DNA of 64,000 bases from assembly GCA_023380305.1 (NCBI GenBank), contig JAMCQZ010000008.1, positions 122,659-186,658 of the forward strand. The letters run 5' to 3'. This stretch comes from Patescibacteria group bacterium. Its GTDB lineage: Bacteria; Patescibacteriota; Minisyncoccia; UBA6257; Colwellbacteraceae. Under the pieces are notes generated by a model, which ran no database searches, had not been told where the DNA came from, and saw only the letters and a list, made by a program, of their open reading frames with translations. This document shows, one piece after another, positions 7,205-17,973 of this stretch (its first letter is position 1; each line of letters begins with the position of its first letter). Both the position numbers and the translations under genes were made by a program.

Positions 7205-8371
7205 CCTCAAAAAACGCCCCTTATTACTTTTCCGCCATCAGACCTATGGTAGTTTGCTTGTCGGCGAGTTTGATCCGCGGAGGATTGAAGTTGAATCCGG
7301 CATATGGTTTTAGATAAGCGCCGTCAATGATTTTCGCCCGATGAAAATGACAAGGCCTCGCTAAAGATGTCAAAGATTGACGAGTATATTTAACTGTCTC
7401 CGGATCGCCGAGAAAACGATCACATCCATCCTTGCCTTGAGTGACAATCAACAGCTTCCCTCCTGGTTTTAAAACTCTCCACATTTCTTTAAGGGCCAAT
7501 TTCGCTCCTTGATAATCCATGTGCTCTAAAACGAAATAACAAAGAATCCCTCCGAATTTATTGTTCGGAAAATTAAGATGGCGAGCGTCGCCATAACGCA
7601 AATCCAGTCCTAAAGACTTAGCCATGGCGTTTTTTATCTTATCCAATTCATAATCAACGCCAATAATTCTTTTAGGATCCAAACTCACGAATTCGCCTAA
7701 CCCCGCACCGACATCAAGAATCTTCCCCGATAAATCTTTAAAGAATAAATCCCAAAGAAATTGTTGATGATGTATGCTCTGATCCCAAAAAGCCTTCACG
7801 CATTCGACATCGTCAAGATCTCTTATAAAAAGCTCATTTGCCATGAAGGGTCGCAGTTCGACATCGCCAAATTTGGCGGTATAGGCCTTCGGCACCCCCG
7901 GACATAATTCTCGAAGCAGGCAATTCGAACATTTTTCGACTAGGGTATCTCCAGGAGAATGTTTTACTAAAGACACGAATCCCGTCCATGCGCGACCTTC
8001 TCTGGGAAAAACGCACAAAGGACAACCCGATATTGATATATTATAGAAATGCTTTTGATCAGAGATATTTTGGATAATCGGGATAACATCTTTATAAGTA
8101 ACCATCTCGGACTCGGAAGAATAATCATAAAAAAGATCGAAATCTTCATGATGAGCGATAAATTTGCTTAATAAATCCTTAAGCCCGCCTAAAGATTTTT
8201 TATTAAGGCCGATACGATGCGGGTGTCCGTTCATAAATTAGTAGCTCTACAGCTTTCAACACTACCCATAACCTTACGCTTCTATTTCAGCATAACAAAG
8301 ATTAAAACAAGGTTCAAAATATAGAAACTCGGGTTCGATTCCTCCGACTCCCGCCTCAAAAAACGCCCCTT
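7188..8371. mobile_element. Single-gene islet bounded by a 35-bp tRNA-3'-derived direct repeat
   Basis: 7188-7222 and 8337-8371 match at 34/35 positions; interior is visibly AT-richer; no integrase inside. Confidence 0.7.
7224..8234 (-). CDS. Class I SAM-dependent methyltransferase with Cys-rich N-terminal domain
   Basis: ILDVGAGLG, GDARHLNFP and RVLKPGG motifs; N-terminal CPLC...CSNC-x5-CPG..Y..FG..ELRP. Confidence 0.85.
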   Translation of the reverse strand: MNGHPHRIGLNKKSLGGLKDLLSKFIAHHEDFDLFYDYSSESEMVTYKDVIPIIQNISDQKHFYNISISGCPLCVFPREGRAWTGFVSLVKHSPGDTLVEKCSNCLLRELCPGVPKAYTAKFGDVELRPFMANELFIRDLDDVECVKAFWDQSIHHQQFLWDLFFKDLSGKILDVGAGLGEFVSLDPKRIIGVDYELDKIKNAMAKSLGLDLRYGDARHLNFPNNKFGGILCYFVLEHMDYQGAKLALKEMWRVLKPGGKLLIVTQGKDGCDRFLGDPETVKYTRQSLTSLARPCHFHRAKIIDGAYLKPYAGFNFNPPRIKLADKQTTIGLMAEK

Positions 8372-8381
8372 GCGGGGCGTT

Positions 8382-9578
8382 TTAAACGACGATCTTCTTA
8401 AATTTTCTCTTCCCGATCTGGAGAATCAAGCCTTCCGCCGGGATATCGATTTCTTCGACCGGATTATCGTGTTTTTTCTCGTTTATATCGACTCCGCCCT
8501 GTTCCACCAGCCGCCTGGCTTCGCTCCGGCTTTTGGCCATATTGGCGGCGACAACGAGATCAATGATATTCATTCTGGAAGAAACGGCCCTAAAGACTTC
8601 GATGTTTTCGGGAGCTTCTTTTTCCCGGAAAACCCTGTTAAATCCGTCCTCGGCCGCTTTGGCGGCTCCGAGACCGTGATACAAAGCAGTGATTTCGAAA
8701 GCCAGTCTCGCCTTGGCGTCCCGAGGATTTTGCGAATCCATGATCTTTTTTATTTCCTCTTCTTTGAGATCGGTGCAAAGCCAGAAATATTTATAAATCA
8801 GCTCGTCATTTAGACTCATCATCTTGCCGTACATATCGCCTGGCTCGTCGGAAATATTGATGACGTTTCCCCAGCTCGTCGACATCTTCCGGCCATCGGT
8901 GCCTTCGAGCATTTCGTTTATCAAAATATCCTGTTCCTTCTGACGATAATATTTTTGAATCGTCCGGCCGGCCATCAAATTAAAAAGCTGGTCTGTCCCG
9001 CCGAGCTCGACGTCGGCCTTAATGGCGACGCTGTCATATCCCTGCATCAGCGGATATAAAAATTCACGAAGGCTTATTTCCTCATGACGCTCGAAACGGT
9101 CCTTAAAATTCCGACGTTCGAGCATCTGGAGGACGGAGAAGCTTTCCGCCAGATTGGCGATTTCTTTAAAATTTAGTTTTCTCAACCAATCGTTGTTGTT
9201 TCTAAACTCCACTTTCCGGAGATCCAGAATTTTGCCGAGCTGACGCTTGTAGTCGGCCATGTTCTTTCTAACCTGGGCTTCGGTGAGCATTGGACGCTTG
9301 GAAAGCTTGTCCGACGGGTCGCCGATCTGGGCCGTAAAGCCGCCGATAACGAGTACCACCTTGTGCCCAAGGTCTTGGAACTCCTTAAGCTTCCTGATGG
9401 CCACCGCCCGACCAAGATGAATCTTCGTCCCGGTCGGATCAATGCCGAGCTTCACGCGCAAACGCTTTCCGGACCTCAAGGCCTCTTCCAAATGCCCGCG
9501 ATCGATAACTTCGGCCACGCCCCGGGAAAGCAAAGCGTTGATCTTTTCCTCCTTATTTGTTTTTCTTGATGATTTCAT
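8382..9578 (-). CDS. tyrS: Tyrosyl-tRNA synthetase
   Basis: [30 protein letters not shown] and C-terminal S4-like domain. Confidence 0.96.
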   Translation of the reverse strand: MKSSRKTNKEEKINALLSRGVAEVIDRGHLEEALRSGKRLRVKLGIDPTGTKIHLGRAVAIRKLKEFQDLGHKVVLVIGGFTAQIGDPSDKLSKRPMLTEAQVRKNMADYKRQLGKILDLRKVEFRNNNDWLRKLNFKEIANLAESFSVLQMLERRNFKDRFERHEEISLREFLYPLMQGYDSVAIKADVELGGTDQLFNLMAGRTIQKYYRQKEQDILINEMLEGTDGRKMSTSWGNVINISDEPGDMYGKMMSLNDELIYKYFWLCTDLKEEEIKKIMDSQNPRDAKARLAFEITALYHGLGAAKAAEDGFNRVFREKEAPENIEVFRAVSSRMNIIDLVVAANMAKSRSEARRLVEQGGVDINEKKHDNPVEEIDIPAEGLILQIGKRKFKKIVV

Positions 9579-10173
9579 CGATAAGGCCGTAGTCTTTAGC
9601 TTCCTCGGCGGTCAGCCAGAAATCGCGGTCGCTGTCTTTCTCAATTTTGGCAAGCGATTGCCCGGTCATCTTCGCCAAAAGCTGGTTGACCCTCTGTTTG
9701 GTCTTCAAGATCTGCTTGGCGGTAATCTCGATGTCGGTCGCCTGGCCTTCGGCCGCGCCCATCACTTGGTGCAGAAGGATTTCCGAATTGGGTAAAGCGA
9801 ATCTTTTTCCTTTGGCTCCGGCCGCCAAAAGAAAAGCGGCGAAAGAAGCGGCCATGCCGACGCAATAGGTCTCGACGGTCGGCCTGACCAGCTGCATCGT
9901 ATCGTAGATGGCCATACCAGCCGTTACCGATCCGCCCGGGGAATTGATATAAAGCTTGATGTTCTTCTTGGGATCCTCATAATCGAGGAAAAGAAGTTGG
10001 GCGATGATTAAATTCGCCACCTGGTCGTTGATCGGACCGCCCAAGAAAACCACCCTGTCCCTCAAAAGGCGGGAATAGATGTCGTAGGCCCGCTCGCCAT
10101 AAGTGCTTTTTTCGATGACCGTCGGCACCAGATATTGGTATCCTTCGGCTTCGTTTTTAATGTCTTTATTCAT
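9553..10173 (-). CDS. clpP: ATP-dependent Clp protease proteolytic subunit
   Basis: [23 protein letters not shown] motifs; ATG at 10173 follows the nusA stop. Confidence 0.96.
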   Translation of the reverse strand: MNKDIKNEAEGYQYLVPTVIEKSTYGERAYDIYSRLLRDRVVFLGGPINDQVANLIIAQLLFLDYEDPKKNIKLYINSPGGSVTAGMAIYDTMQLVRPTVETYCVGMAASFAAFLLAAGAKGKRFALPNSEILLHQVMGAAEGQATDIEITAKQILKTKQRVNQLLAKMTGQSLAKIEKDSDRDFWLTAEEAKDYGLIDEIIKKNK

Positions 10174-10177
10174 TTTG

Positions 10178-11437
10178 TTAATCTTCTTCTCCGACAAACT
10201 TCGGAATAATTTTGGTTTCTTCAATTTTATCTTGTTTCAAATCGCCTTCCAAGACCTCAGGCAAAGTATCTTCATCCTCGGTTTCGGCGACACCCCCTTC
10301 TTGGACTTCTTCCGGTCTCGATTCCGAACGGACGTCGATCTTCATGCCTGTCAGTTTGGCGGCCAATCTGACATTTTGCCCGCCCTTGCCGATAGCAAGA
10401 CTCAATTGATCCTCGGCTACCAGAACCTTGGCTTCGCGACGCAGTGATATTTCCACGCTCAAAACCTTAGCCGGCGAAAGGGAGGCTGCCACGAATTTCT
10501 CCGGCTCCTCTGACCATTCGATGATATCAATTTTCTCCTGACCTCCAAGCTCGTTCGTTACCGCCATTACCCTCGTGCCCCGCTGCCCGACGCAGGATCC
10601 GACCGGGTCCACGCCTTGAGCTTTGGAAGCAACCGCGATTTTGGTGCGACTTCCCGGCTCACGGGCAACGCCTTTTATTTCCACTGTCCCGTCGTTGATT
10701 TCCGGAACTTCCAGTTCGAAAAGCCGATTGATAAACCTCGGATGCGACCGAGAAAGGATAATGCCCGGCTGGCCGCGACGATCTTCCTGGATGCTCAATA
10801 CGTAAAAACGCATTCTTTCGTTCGTACGATAATGTTCTCCCGGAATGGATTCATTGCCAAACATAATTCCCAGAGCCTTGCCGATTTCAACGTAAACATT
10901 CCCCCGGTCAAAACGGTGGATGATGCCGGAGACAACTTTGCCCTCCTTGTCTTTAAATTCCTGAAGAAGCATATCTTTTTCGGCCTCGCGGAGTTTCTGT
11001 AAAATAACCTGCTTGGCGGCTTGAGCGGCAATACGGCCGAAATCGGTCTTCGGCTCAAGGCTGAATTCCAAATTCTCGCCGACCTGAACGTCGGGGTTAA
11101 CCTTTTTCGCTTCTTCGACGAAAATATGTCTTTCCGGATTGTAACGGGGAAGTTTCGGCTCCTCTTCTTCCTGCGGCTCAGCCGGCTGTTCTTCCACGGC
11201 TTCTTCCTCGGTAACGACCCGGACCGTATTTTCATCAACCACCTCTTTCACCTGCCAAAAAGCCAACTCTCCGGTTTTTTCATCAAGCTTGGCCTTAATC
11301 ACTTCTCCCCGCTTGCCATATTCCTTGCGATAAGCGGCGGCGATAGACTCTTCTATAACCGAGATAATCTTTTCCGGCTCGATGCCCTTTTCCTTGGCGA
11401 CCTGGCCGATGACGATCAGCAACTGTTTTAAATCCAT
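10178..11437 (-). CDS. nusA: Transcription factor NusA
   Basis: [23 protein letters not shown] and [12 protein letters not shown] motifs. Confidence 0.97.
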   Translation of the reverse strand: MDLKQLLIVIGQVAKEKGIEPEKIISVIEESIAAAYRKEYGKRGEVIKAKLDEKTGELAFWQVKEVVDENTVRVVTEEEAVEEQPAEPQEEEEPKLPRYNPERHIFVEEAKKVNPDVQVGENLEFSLEPKTDFGRIAAQAAKQVILQKLREAEKDMLLQEFKDKEGKVVSGIIHRFDRGNVYVEIGKALGIMFGNESIPGEHYRTNERMRFYVLSIQEDRRGQPGIILSRSHPRFINRLFELEVPEINDGTVEIKGVAREPGSRTKIAVASKAQGVDPVGSCVGQRGTRVMAVTNELGGQEKIDIIEWSEEPEKFVAASLSPAKVLSVEISLRREAKVLVAEDQLSLAIGKGGQNVRLAAKLTGMKIDVRSESRPEEVQEGGVAETEDEDTLPEVLEGDLKQDKIEETKIIPKFVGEED

Positions 11438-11482
11438 TTTATTTTTGTTTTTTCCGCCAGAAGGCGATTTACTTTTATTTTT

Positions 11483-11509
11483 TTAAACCCCGCGGGAAGC
11501 GGGGTTTAA
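11483..11509. terminator. Terminator-like hairpin
   Basis: TTAAACCCCGC-GGGAA-GCGGGGTTTAA. Confidence 0.55.
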
Positions 11510-11549
11510 CATCAAGATTTAGTATACTCTCGAAAACCGATCTGTCAAG

Positions 11550-12785
11550 CTAAATCCCGAGCCTCTTCGCCGCTTCCTTAATAGCGTTGTAAGAAGTGGC
11601 CACGACCCAATAGGTGGTATCGCCGGATTTAAAGAATCCGTATTCTATCCTTTGGGAATTAGATCCCCTTGAAAATCTCACGATCTTGGTAGAATCGATG
11701 CTTCCGTTATCGAACTTCCCAAAATTGCCGGTGTCGGTCAGAAAAATATTGGCCAGCTGCTTGGACGCTTCGAATTTGGTTCCGATAGCGTTATAGGAAG
11801 TGGCTCCGACGCCGGATTTCACTTTGGCAACGAACCCAGGAAAAGGATTGGAAGAAGAGTCGTAATAAACAAATTGAGTGAAGTCGTCTTCGAAGTTGGC
11901 GCTCAAATCGGATTCCGGAATATCTCCCGGGAGAATAGCATTCACATAAATCGGGAGGGTGATCGGGCCGTCGTCATCGGCGAGCACTGCCTCAACGACG
12001 GTCGACGGTTTGATTTTTTCGACTGGAATCTTAGATAAGGCTTCTTTGATATTTGTAAGATCAACCGTCGCCAATTGAATATTCTCGATTTGGTCCGCCG
12101 GAATCGTGAAGTAAGAGGCGTGAACCCTCGTCGGCGCGACCTCCACCGCTTCCTCCGGAGCCGGAGCGATCGGCTGAGTCTCGGTCGCGGTCGGAGCCGG
12201 ACACGGCTCGCAGACCTGAACCGGACACATCTTCGGTAAAAGCACGTATTTAAAAAGCAAAAGTAGTCCCAAAATAGCTGCCAGTCCGATGACGACGGCG
12301 ATTAGCAGGGTATTCGATTTTTTTGGCATTCCGGGCTTGGAGGCGGAAAGGTTAACCACGTCCGGGGTGAAAACCGGCTCGTTCGGTCCGGCCGGAGCGG
12401 CCGCGAAAACCTGGGGAGCGGCTTCGGCGCCGCCGGTCGCCTGCAACGATTCGGCGTCCGAGGCCATGGTCCTGATGCCGATATCCGGAGCGGATGAAGG
12501 CGGGGGCGGAACCGGAGTGGATGCCGCTGGAGCAAACGGTTGCCCCATCGGCGCGGCCGGAGTCGGCTGGCTCGGCTGATTGAACGAAGCAGGCTGAGCC
12601 GGGATATTAAAAGCTTCGTTTACCGATTTCGGAAATTGATCGGTTGGGCTAGCGGCGAAAGTCGCCGGCGTCCCGAAAGAGGCCGGAGGGAACGGAGTCG
12701 GGCCCATGTTGTTTGCATTGGACGGAGGATTCGGCTGTTTTTGATCAGGCGCCGAATTTAAAGGAAAATTTTGTTGGCTATCCAT
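11550..12785 (-). CDS. Hypothetical bitopic membrane protein with Pro/Ala-rich N-terminus
   Basis: Low-complexity N-terminus with IRTMASD, one TM segment, extracytoplasmic C-terminal domain. Confidence 0.8.
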   Translation of the reverse strand: MDSQQNFPLNSAPDQKQPNPPSNANNMGPTPFPPASFGTPATFAASPTDQFPKSVNEAFNIPAQPASFNQPSQPTPAAPMGQPFAPAASTPVPPPPSSAPDIGIRTMASDAESLQATGGAEAAPQVFAAAPAGPNEPVFTPDVVNLSASKPGMPKKSNTLLIAVVIGLAAILGLLLLFKYVLLPKMCPVQVCEPCPAPTATETQPIAPAPEEAVEVAPTRVHASYFTIPADQIENIQLATVDLTNIKEALSKIPVEKIKPSTVVEAVLADDDGPITLPIYVNAILPGDIPESDLSANFEDDFTQFVYYDSSSNPFPGFVAKVKSGVGATSYNAIGTKFEASKQLANIFLTDTGNFGKFDNGSIDSTKIVRFSRGSNSQRIEYGFFKSGDTTYWVVATSYNAIKEAAKRLGI

Positions 12786-12815
12786 GACTTAATGATAGCA
12801 CAACGAAAACTTTTT

Positions 12816-14927
12816 TTATGCAGATTGTGTGGATAATTGCTTCACCGAGAGGGCGATTTTGCCATCCTCGACGCGAATCACTTTCGCGCGGAGAAAATCT
12901 CCAATCTTGGCGACATCATTGATGTTTTTGACAAAGCCGTCCTTGAATTCCGAAATATGGATCATGCCGTCTCGGCCGCCGCCCAGATCGACAATCGCTC
13001 CAAAATCGAGCAGACGAACGACCGTCCCTTCGACGATCTCGCCCACCTGGTACTCTTTGGTTAAGGCCTCGATCTCCGCCACCGCTTTCAAGGCGGAATC
13101 TTTGTTGTCGGCTGCCACGAAAACCTTCCCGGTCTGCTCGATATCAATGCTCAAAGCTCCCGTCCTCTCAATGATGCCATTGATCATCTTGCCTCCGGGG
13201 CCGATAACCTCGCCGATCTTTTCGGGGTTGATATGAATCACTATCACCTGCGGCGCGTAGGGCGAAAGCTCGGGTTTCGGCGCCTTGATGGCCTTTTCCA
13301 TAGCATCCAAGATCCGCAGTCTCGCTTCGCGAGCCTGGGCTAAAGTTTTTTCAGCAATCTCCAAGGTAATCCCCCAAATTTTCACGTCCATCTGTACGGC
13401 GTTTACGCCGTCCCTGGTGCCGGCCACCTTGAAATCCATGTCTCCATGGTGGTCTTCCGGTCCCTGGATGTCGGTCAAAATCTTGTAGTCTCCTTTTTCA
13501 TTCGACATCAATCCCATGGCAATGCCCGCGGCCGGTTTTCTGATGGGCACTCCCGCGTCCATCAAAGACATACTCCCGGCGCAAACCGTAGCCATCGAAG
13601 AAGAACCGTTCGAAGAAAGGATCTCGGAAACGACGCGGATGGTGTAGGGAAATTCGTCCTGTGAAGGAATAAGCGGTCGGAGAGCCTTCTCGGCCAAAGC
13701 TCCATGGCCGATATCGCGACGGCCCGGTCCCCGATAGGATCCGGTTTCGCCCACCGAATACGGCGGGAAATTGTAATGAAGCATGAACCGCCTCTTACCC
13801 GAATATTCCATGGTCTCGATAAGCTGTTCGGCTCCGGGCGCGGCCAGAGTCGTTACCGCCAGGGCCTGAGTGTTGCCACGGATGAAAACAGCCGAGCCGT
13901 GGGTGCGCGGCAAAAGGCCGGTCTCGGTATAAAGATCCCTGACTTCATCAAGTTTGCGGCCGTCCGGACGCATCTCTTTTTCTAAAATGTTTTTATGAAC
14001 CAGCTCGTCTAAAGCTTTATTGAACAGGCTGGCGCTGGCGCCGATGTCGGAATCGCCAAACCCTTTTTCGGAAAGATGCGCCGCCATTTCATCTTCGAGT
14101 TCGCCGAGCTTCTTTTCGCGATCAGCCTTCTCTCTGACGTAAACCGCTTCCTCCAGCTTGTCCGCCAGAAATTCCGAAACCGCGGATTTCAGCTCCTCCG
14201 CCGGTTCAGCCAGTTTAACATCAGCCTTCTCCTTGCCGATCGCCTTGATGATCTCCTTTTGAAAATCAATAAGTCCTTCTATTTCTTTGAGAGCCACGGC
14301 GTAAGCTTCGATAATATCTTTTTCGTTCGCTTCGTTCGCTTCAAGCTCGAGCATGTTGATCTTACCGTTAAGCCCGGCGACAAAACTTTCAAACCTTACT
14401 TCGGGGTTGTCGGTAGTCTCCACGTGGGAGGGATTCACGACGATGCGGTCGCCGATCTTCGCCATTTTGACGCCGGCGATCGGACCAGCCCACGGGATAT
14501 CGGAAATGGCCAGAGCGGTGGAAGCGGCCATCAAGGCGATGAAATCGGGTTCGTTCACCTCGTCGATCGACAGAATGGTAACGACCACCTGGATGTCTCG
14601 GCGAAGCCGCTGGTCGAAAAGCGGCCTGATGGCGCGATCAACCAAACGGCCGGAAAGAATGGCGTCTTCCGAAGGCCTTCCTTCGCGGCGGACAAAACGG
14701 CTGCCGATGATTTTGCCGGCGGCGTAAAATTTCTCCTCGTAATCGACGGTAAGCGGCATATAGTCAACCGCCCTGTCGGCTTTTCCCATGACCGTCGTCA
14801 CAAGCACGGTTGTTCCGCCGTAAGTGGCGAAAACCGCGGCATCGGTTTGTTCGGCCAACCGGGAAACTTCAATTTTCAAATCCCGACCGGCGATATTTTT
14901 GATAAAAGTCTTTTTATTTAGCTCCAT
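12816..14927 (-). CDS. pnp: Polynucleotide phosphorylase
   Basis: Two RNase PH domains, RRDIGHG, SNGSSSMA, GDMDFKVAG, KH and S1 domains. Confidence 0.98.
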   Translation of the reverse strand: MELNKKTFIKNIAGRDLKIEVSRLAEQTDAAVFATYGGTTVLVTTVMGKADRAVDYMPLTVDYEEKFYAAGKIIGSRFVRREGRPSEDAILSGRLVDRAIRPLFDQRLRRDIQVVVTILSIDEVNEPDFIALMAASTALAISDIPWAGPIAGVKMAKIGDRIVVNPSHVETTDNPEVRFESFVAGLNGKINMLELEANEANEKDIIEAYAVALKEIEGLIDFQKEIIKAIGKEKADVKLAEPAEELKSAVSEFLADKLEEAVYVREKADREKKLGELEDEMAAHLSEKGFGDSDIGASASLFNKALDELVHKNILEKEMRPDGRKLDEVRDLYTETGLLPRTHGSAVFIRGNTQALAVTTLAAPGAEQLIETMEYSGKRRFMLHYNFPPYSVGETGSYRGPGRRDIGHGALAEKALRPLIPSQDEFPYTIRVVSEILSSNGSSSMATVCAGSMSLMDAGVPIRKPAAGIAMGLMSNEKGDYKILTDIQGPEDHHGDMDFKVAGTRDGVNAVQMDVKIWGITLEIAEKTLAQAREARLRILDAMEKAIKAPKPELSPYAPQVIVIHINPEKIGEVIGPGGKMINGIIERTGALSIDIEQTGKVFVAADNKDSALKAVAEIEALTKEYQVGEIVEGTVVRLLDFGAIVDLGGGRDGMIHISEFKDGFVKNINDVAKIGDFLRAKVIRVEDGKIALSVKQLSTQSA

Positions 14928-15459
14928 ATTTCGTTGGTTTCTTTGATTTCGACGATCTAAACGTTATCCGCGGCATTTTTTCCAAATCATAAAATCCGTC
15001 GGCCTCTTCCCTTAACCGGCCGGAAGCGGTTTTTCCAAAAGCCGCCACTTCCACGACTTTGCCCAGACCCCATTTCAAATATTGGACGAGCGGCATAAAA
15101 TCGCCGTCCCCGGTTACGAGCACGATGACGTCGAGGGAGTCCGCCAGCCTGATGGCATCGACAGCCATGCCGACATCCCAATCGGCTTTTTTGGTGCCGT
15201 CGGGGAAAATCTGGATCTCTTTGCTCCGGAGCTCGATGCCGGTTTTTTCCAAAGCCTCGAAAAAGAGCTCTTCCCCGGTCTGGGGGTCGCTCGAAACGAC
15301 GTAAGCGATGGCTCGGATCAATTTCCGGCCGTCGGTCAGGTTCTTGATGAGTTCGGCATAGTTCACCCGCGCTCCGTAGAGATTCCGCGCGGAGTGGTAA
15401 AGATTTTGGATATCGATAAAAATACCTATCCTTTGATCGGAGTGTTTTATAAAAGCCAT
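14914..15459 (-). CDS. NYN/LabA (DUF88) PIN-like domain protein
   Basis: FIDIQN, KKADWDV and TGDGDF motifs. Confidence 0.9.
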   Translation of the reverse strand: MAFIKHSDQRIGIFIDIQNLYHSARNLYGARVNYAELIKNLTDGRKLIRAIAYVVSSDPQTGEELFFEALEKTGIELRSKEIQIFPDGTKKADWDVGMAVDAIRLADSLDVIVLVTGDGDFMPLVQYLKWGLGKVVEVAAFGKTASGRLREEADGFYDLEKMPRITFRSSKSKKPTKYGAK

Positions 15460-15460
15460 T

Positions 15461-15688
15461 TTATTTGGCGGCCTTGGCCGCAAGATAATGCTCCAACTTG
15501 CGCCGCTTGCTCACCATTTTGAGCAAACCGCGGCGGGAGTGGACGTCTTTCGGGTGTTTTTTTAAGTGGGCGGTCAGCTCGTCAATCTGTTTATCTAAAA
15601 GGCCGACCTGAATCTGGATCGATCCGGTGTCGGTTTCATGAAGACCCTTCGCCTTGACGATTATTGATTTTTTGCGGGGTGTAAGCAT
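15461..15688 (-). CDS. rpsO: 30S ribosomal protein S15 (75 aa)
   Basis: [30 protein letters not shown]; start at MLTPRKK. Confidence 0.95.
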   Translation of the reverse strand: MLTPRKKSIIVKAKGLHETDTGSIQIQVGLLDKQIDELTAHLKKHPKDVHSRRGLLKMVSKRRKLEHYLAAKAAK

Positions 15689-15823
15689 AAATTCTTTGTT
15701 TGGATAATTAAGATTAGCCCGAAATCCGTTTTTTTTCAAGGGGAACGATTTTTCCGAAGCGTCAAGGCGTTTTCGACCGGAAGCCGTTTCAATATTTTGC
15801 GACAAGCATGATAAAATTGATCG

Positions 15824-16711
15824 ATGATCGAAAAATACCTGAAAGACTACCTGGATTACCTGCAGATCGAGAAGAACCGCTCCTACCGGACCAAAGACGT
15901 TTACGGCCGGGCCCTCAAAAAATTCTTCGAGTTCGCCAAAATCAAGAAACCCGAAGACATCACAAACGACAAAATCCGTTCTTTCCGCATCCACCTCGCG
16001 GAAAGCACGAGGTTGAAAAAGAATACCCAAAGCTATTACGTCATCGCCATACGGAACTTCCTCCGTTATCTCATTAAAAGGGATATCGAGGTGATTTCCC
16101 CGGACAAAATCGAATTGCCGCAGATTCCCAAAAGACAGATCGACATCATCGAATACGAAGACCTGGAGCGGCTTTTAAGGGCGCCCGAAGGGTCGAGCCT
16201 CAAGGATCTCCGCGATCGGGCCATTCTCGAACTCCTCTTCTCAACCGGGCTTCGGGTGTCCGAACTCTGCGGACTCGACCGTTATTTAAACTGGAACCGC
16301 GGAGAGATTACCGTCCGCGGCAAAGGCGAAAAACTGCGGGTGGTCTTTATTTCGGACGCTGCCAGAAAAGCCATCAAAAACTACCTTGATAAACGTGGAG
16401 ATCCCGACTCAGCGCTCTTTGTCAGCTACTCGAATAACAAGAACCCGAAAGCCCTCGGCCGGATCACGCCGCGGAGCATCCAAAGACTCGTGGATTTTTA
16501 CAGTCGCAAAGCCGGCATCGCCAAAAGAATTTCGCCCCACACCCTGCGCCACCTTTTCGCGACCGATCTATTGATGAACGGAGCGGATTTGAGATCGGTC
16601 CAGGAGATGCTCGGCCACGCGAGCATCCAGACAACCCAGATCTATACCCACCTCACCAACAAGGCCCTAAAAGAAGTACACGAGGCTTTTCACGGAAGAC
16701 GAAGGAAATAA
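15824..16711 (+). CDS. XerC/XerD-family tyrosine recombinase
   Basis: [22 protein letters not shown] and TQIY motifs; catalytic set complete. Confidence 0.93.
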   Translation: MIEKYLKDYLDYLQIEKNRSYRTKDVYGRALKKFFEFAKIKKPEDITNDKIRSFRIHLAESTRLKKNTQSYYVIAIRNFLRYLIKRDIEVISPDKIELPQIPKRQIDIIEYEDLERLLRAPEGSSLKDLRDRAILELLFSTGLRVSELCGLDRYLNWNRGEITVRGKGEKLRVVFISDAARKAIKNYLDKRGDPDSALFVSYSNNKNPKALGRITPRSIQRLVDFYSRKAGIAKRISPHTLRHLFATDLLMNGADLRSVQEMLGHASIQTTQIYTHLTNKALKEVHEAFHGRRRK

Positions 16712-16748
16712 AAACGCCGGATCTTCAAAGATCCGGCTTAATCGGTGG

Positions 16749-16997
16749 CTATGGCTGACGCTTTTCTAGCTCCTTAGCTAAGTCCTTAGCTGCATTCATC
16801 TCGGCTTCTTCTCGGGTATTTCCATAACCCTTGCCGTGAGTATTGCTCTTGATTTCAAGCGCCTCTGCTTCGTACTTCGGATCCGGAATGGTTAAAAATA
16901 ACCCTCCGGTAAGTACCCCCAACATTAAATCTGCGATTCCGGGATCATCGTGTTTTTCCTTCGATGTGATCACGATATCGCCTTCTCTCTTACTCAC
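16749..16997 (-). CDS. Small hypothetical protein (~82 aa)
   Basis: GGAGG at 17006-17010 ahead of GTG at 16997; upstream TTGACA; one hydrophobic stretch. Confidence 0.6.
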   Translation of the reverse strand: MSKREGDIVITSKEKHDDPGIADLMLGVLTGGLFLTIPDPKYEAEALEIKSNTHGKGYGNTREEAEMNAAKDLAKELEKRQP

Positions 16998-17100
16998 GAT
17001 ATTCACCTCCTTTCTTCTTGTGCTGCCTCAAAAAATTCACAAGGATCTATTTAAAATTTAAAATAGATAAAATCTATATTTTGTCAAGTATTTAAAAATG

Positions 17101-17184
17101 TGCCGGGAGAGGGATTTGGACCCTCAAGTCCTTGCGGACACAGCGCCCTAAACGCTGCGCGTCTGCCAATTTCGCCATCCCGGC
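17101..17184 (-). tRNA. tRNA-Leu(TAG)
   Basis: Long variable arm; anticodon arm CAGCG-TTTAGGG-CGCTG; T-loop TCCAAAT. Confidence 0.93.
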
Positions 17185-17336
17185 TCACATTGATTTATAG
17201 CACGATCATTCTTGTTTTTGCGAGTGAAAATCAGCCCCGATTGACAAAGGGGCCGAAATGTGCTGATATTAAGCCATCAGCTTGGACATTCCGATGGGTC
17301 CGGCAAATGCCGGACTATCATAAGGGAGGAACTAAG

Positions 17337-17915
17337 ATGTTGTGGATGGGTATCGGCCTGTTGGGGCTCGTTATCGCCGGAATCGGCATTGCCCACTGCT
17401 ATCACCGGACGATCCCGCAAAACCTCTGGTTTATCGGAGCGGTCGTCTCCATGATCGGCCTGGTCTTCATTTTCCTGCCGTCGTGGGGAATGACAGCTCT
17501 CCTCGTGCTTCCCGCCTCTATTCCGGTCTACTGCCTTGTCCGCGCCGGACGCCGGACCATGGCTCTTTACGCGGCCATTGGACTCGTCATCCTGATCCTT
17601 GCCGCCCACTTCCAACAAACCTCGTCCTACACGATCGTTCGTCTCTCGGACCGGGTTGAAATCCGCATGACCATGAAAGGCTGGGACGAGGGAGACGGCG
17701 TAAAAGGACCCGATTTTACAAAGCTCGGACAGGATTATCCGGGCTGGCGATTCAGATTCTCGCCAGCAGGCGTAGATATTCAAGTCCGATTCCCGGGCAA
17801 AGAAAGACAATTCTGGGGCCAGGAGTTCGGACTCCAAAACGGGACTCCGGTTTTCTTCGGACCCGAAGGAACGGAGATCCTCATCACACTCCTCCCTCCT
17901 AAAAGCGCACCTTGA
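17337..17915 (+). CDS. Hypothetical multi-pass membrane protein
   Basis: TTGACA at 17241, SD GGGAGGA, about four TM segments, terminator at ~17919-17953. Confidence 0.75.
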   Translation: MLWMGIGLLGLVIAGIGIAHCYHRTIPQNLWFIGAVVSMIGLVFIFLPSWGMTALLVLPASIPVYCLVRAGRRTMALYAAIGLVILILAAHFQQTSSYTIVRLSDRVEIRMTMKGWDEGDGVKGPDFTKLGQDYPGWRFRFSPAGVDIQVRFPGKERQFWGQEFGLQNGTPVFFGPEGTEILITLLPPKSAP

Positions 17916-17973
17916 ACCAAAACCCCGCAAAAGCGAAAGCTGATGCGGGGTTTGTATTTCCGAGATTTTTTAT

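Noticed and set aside
14076-14921. Long antisense ORFs over pnp, ftsH, rpsA, comM and others
   Set aside because: Shadow frames of well-supported genes, with no independent motifs.
15824-17184. Tyrosine recombinase near tRNA-Leu as prophage or integron integrase
   Set aside because: Size and motifs fit a housekeeping XerC/D. I saw no IntI-type insertion, attC sites, tRNA-Leu end duplication or phage genes.
17100-17336. N-terminal extensions in the ORF track (17100, also 6854, 2118, 16030, 53991, 60004)
   Set aside because: They overlap tRNAs or other genes; downstream starts fit homology or SD context better.
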